Part shown: piece after piece, positions 3,866 to 5,696 of the stretch
How the letters are laid out: each line of letters begins with the position of its first letter
How positions within the stretch are numbered: the first letter of the stretch is position 1
Source of the DNA: a virus
Virus record (IMG/VR): IMGVR_UViG_3300045988_033111
Coordinates: 1-5,696 of that record
Strand: one strand, 5' to 3'
DNA length: 5,696 nucleotides
Program-made: the position numbers and the translations under genes
Notes under the pieces: model-generated
Databases searched by the model: none
Seen by the model: only the letters and a program-made list of their open reading frames with translations
What the model was told of the DNA's origin: nothing

Positions 3866-4744
3866 ATGGGACTCTTAACAACAATAGGATTACCACTGCT
3901 CAAAATGGCAATACCGAGCATTGCAGGAGCAGCAGCAAACAAGCTCTTTGGCACAAGCGGAAGCTACGGACAGCAAGGGCAATCTAACAGTCAAAGCAGC
4001 GGTTCCAGCTGGTCCCAAGGCACAAGCGACAGCGGAAGCACAAGCAGCGGAGGCACAAACGACGCTGTAAACAAAAGCATCGCAGCACTTGCAAACCAAC
4101 TAAGCCAAGGCAGCATGGCCGGACAGCAAAAATACAATCGCAATTCCATGCTTATGCAGATGGGTTATAATACCTTGTCGGCAATCCAGCAAGGCGTATA
4201 CAATCACATCGAGCAGCAAACAGCGATGAGCTACAACAGCGCCGAAGCCGCAAAAAACAGAGCATGGCAAGAGCAGATGAGTAACACATCCTACCAAAGA
4301 GCAGTCGAGGATATGAAAAAAGCTGGCATCAACCCTATCTTGGCATACACACAGGGCGGAGCAAGCACACCGAGCGGAGCGCAGGGAACAATCGGCAGCG
4401 CAAGCATGGGCATGGCATCCAGTAGCGCGCTGGGAGCAACGGCATTACCGGGCATCAAACAAGACGGCAGCTGGAGCCAACACAGCGAAGCATGGAGTCA
4501 TGCAGAAAACGCAGCACAGAGCATCCAGCAAGCTATCATGTCGAGCAGCACAAACCCTGTCAGACTCAGAGGAGACATGGAGCGCATTGCAGAGGCAGCA
4601 GCAGAAGGCGCGACGAACCTTAGAAAGACGATGGCAAGCGCACTCGCGAGCGACGAAGCAAAAGCCAACGCAAGAAACAGTCTCGAAAACATGAGAAGGA
4701 ACGGATTCACCGGCTACATGAGCATAAATCCGAGAGGTAAATAA
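3866..4744 (+). CDS. VP2: DNA pilot / minor capsid protein VP2, 292 aa.
   Basis: A hydrophobic N-terminus is followed by an S/G/Q-rich low-complexity segment (~3950..4070). The conserved block [24 protein letters not shown] is typical of gokushovirus VP2. Stop TAA (4742..4744) overlaps the rep ATG as TAATG. Confidence 0.85.
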   Translation: MGLLTTIGLPLLKMAIPSIAGAAANKLFGTSGSYGQQGQSNSQSSGSSWSQGTSDSGSTSSGGTNDAVNKSIAALANQLSQGSMAGQQKYNRNSMLMQMGYNTLSAIQQGVYNHIEQQTAMSYNSAEAAKNRAWQEQMSNTSYQRAVEDMKKAGINPILAYTQGGASTPSGAQGTIGSASMGMASSSALGATALPGIKQDGSWSQHSEAWSHAENAAQSIQQAIMSSSTNPVRLRGDMERIAEAAAEGATNLRKTMASALASDEAKANARNSLENMRRNGFTGYMSINPRGK

Positions 4745-5696
4745 TGGGATGCAATAAACCGCTAATCCGGTTTTATGTACCTCATGACAGAGAGGCGAGT
4801 GGGCGAGTGTACTCACTCGCCTCTTTTAACGAGATACACAAGACCAAAATGACGTACGAAAATTTAATGTACCGCAAAGATGTAATGTTGATACCATGCG
4901 GACAGTGTACAGGGTGCAGACTACGCAAACGCAAAGACTGGGCAACGCGGATGGAGCTGGAAGCATACGGCCACAGCAAAGAAAGCGTCTGGTTTATCAC
5001 GCTAACGTACGATGATGACCATGTACCAACGCAAGACACCGAAACAGGCGAAATCTACAAAGGTGGCATAAACATCTGGAAAGGCATCTCAGAGCGTCCA
5101 AGAACAACGCAAACGCTGAGCGTGGAGGATACCCAACTCTTCATCAAAAGGCTCAGAAAGGCCGTCAAAGAGCCTCTGAGATACTTTTTAGCCGGAGAGT
5201 ATGGAGACAACACGGCAAGACCACACTATCACATGATACTGTACGGGTGGCGTCCAGACGACTTAAAACCTATACACAAGCTATCCAGACACGGCCACTA
5301 CACAAGTGATAAGCTGGTCAAAATCTGGGGGCAAGGTGCAGTTGACATAGCACAGGCAACACCGGAGACATATAATTATGTTGCAGGATATGTAACCAAA
5401 AAGCTATACGGAAACGACAAAAAGCGTTACCAAAAAATGGGTTTAATACCTCCATTTTGCACAATGAGCCGAAAGCCGGGACTCGGAGACCAATGGTTTC
5501 AAGACCATCAAGAGCGACTCTGGCAACAGGGATACATACAGCTTACCAACGGCAAGAGAGCAGCCATCCCAGAATACTACTGGCGAAAACTGGAAGCGGA
5601 GAATCCTGAAAAAGCGTGGAGAATCAAACAGTATCGGCAAGAAAAAGCCATTGCGTCCCTAATCGAAAGAAACGCGGAAACAGATAAGTCATACGC
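4744..5696 (+). CDS. VP4: Replication initiator VP4 (HUH rolling-circle endonuclease). The ORF is open to the window end and continues at 1..122, 339 aa in total.
   Basis: GAGG (4734..4737) lies 6 nt before ATG 4744. Motifs: MGCNKPL start, CGQCTGCR, motif 1 FITLTY (4993..5010), HUH motif HYH (5224..5232) in RPHYHMILY, and the tyrosine motif Y-VAG-Y-VTKK (5377..5403). It has no stop inside the window, so it is absent from the ORF track. Confidence 0.92.
   Translation, partial: MGCNKPLIRFYVPHDREASGRVYSLASFNEIHKTKMTYENLMYRKDVMLIPCGQCTGCRLRKRKDWATRMELEAYGHSKESVWFITLTYDDDHVPTQDTETGEIYKGGINIWKGISERPRTTQTLSVEDTQLFIKRLRKAVKEPLRYFLAGEYGDNTARPHYHMILYGWRPDDLKPIHKLSRHGHYTSDKLVKIWGQGAVDIAQATPETYNYVAGYVTKKLYGNDKKRYQKMGLIPPFCTMSRKPGLGDQWFQDHQERLWQQGYIQLTNGKRAAIPEYYWRKLEAENPEKAWRIKQYRQEKAIASLIERNAETDKSY
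5642..5696. repeat. Second copy of the terminal redundancy, identical to 1..55.
   Basis: Exact 55-nt match to the window start. Confidence 0.95.

Noticed and set aside
4500-4694. 64-aa + strand alternate-frame ORF inside VP2, with ATG 4500.
   Set aside because: GGAG (4494..4497) is only 2 nt from the ATG, which is too close. The product is Q/R/K/S-rich with no hydrophobic or recognisable motif.
1416-4816. Numerous minus-strand ORFs: 1416..1826, 1702..2124, 1851..2117, 2072..2266, 2436..2840, 3123..3404, 3411..3635, 3666..3851, 3772..3954, 3890..4099, 4100..4297, 4445..4816 and 4498..4710.
   Set aside because: All lie antisense to confidently identified VP5/VP3/VP1/VP2 genes and have Cys/Arg/Ala-rich compositions typical of shadow frames. 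The same applies to 4782..5039 and 5443..5640, which are antisense to rep.
5342-5376. TTGACA ... TATAAT pair inside rep.
   Set aside because: The spacer is 23 nt, outside the functional 16-18 nt range. Other TTGACA hexamers (188, 1178) also lack a matching -10.

Overview
The window is one complete, circularly permuted genome of a Microviridae (Gokushovirinae-like) ssDNA phage. Bases 1..55 are identical to 5642..5696, so the unit length is 5641 nt. All supportable genes are on the + strand and tightly packed, with coupled junctions (ATGA, TAATG, GTGA). The order is: 58-aa Cys/His-rich ORF (635..811), two small helical ORFs (890..1039, 1045..1266), 39-aa basic J/ORF8-like DNA-binding peptide (1250..1369), 32-aa hydrophobic peptide (1366..1464), VP5-like protein (1476..1712), scaffold VP3 (1690..2184), major capsid VP1 (2181..3821), pilot protein VP2 (3866..4744) and HUH replication initiator VP4. 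VP4 runs 4744..5696 and continues at 1..122; it is missing from the ORF track because it crosses the linearisation point. The unusual part is the roughly 0.9 kb between the rep stop (122) and the conserved module. It holds a double hairpin/terminator, a 40-nt alternating CG/CA tract, iteron-like TGTTGAA doublets inside a ~50-nt direct repeat, and one perfect DnaA box. It also holds a perfect 8+8 palindrome, a GC-rich structured island, and a moron-like cassette (consensus extended -10 promoter, Cys-rich ORF, intrinsic terminator). Two tiny hydrophobic ORFs (288..371, 1366..1464) are candidate membrane or lysis peptides. All homology statements rest on recognised family motifs, not on database searches.
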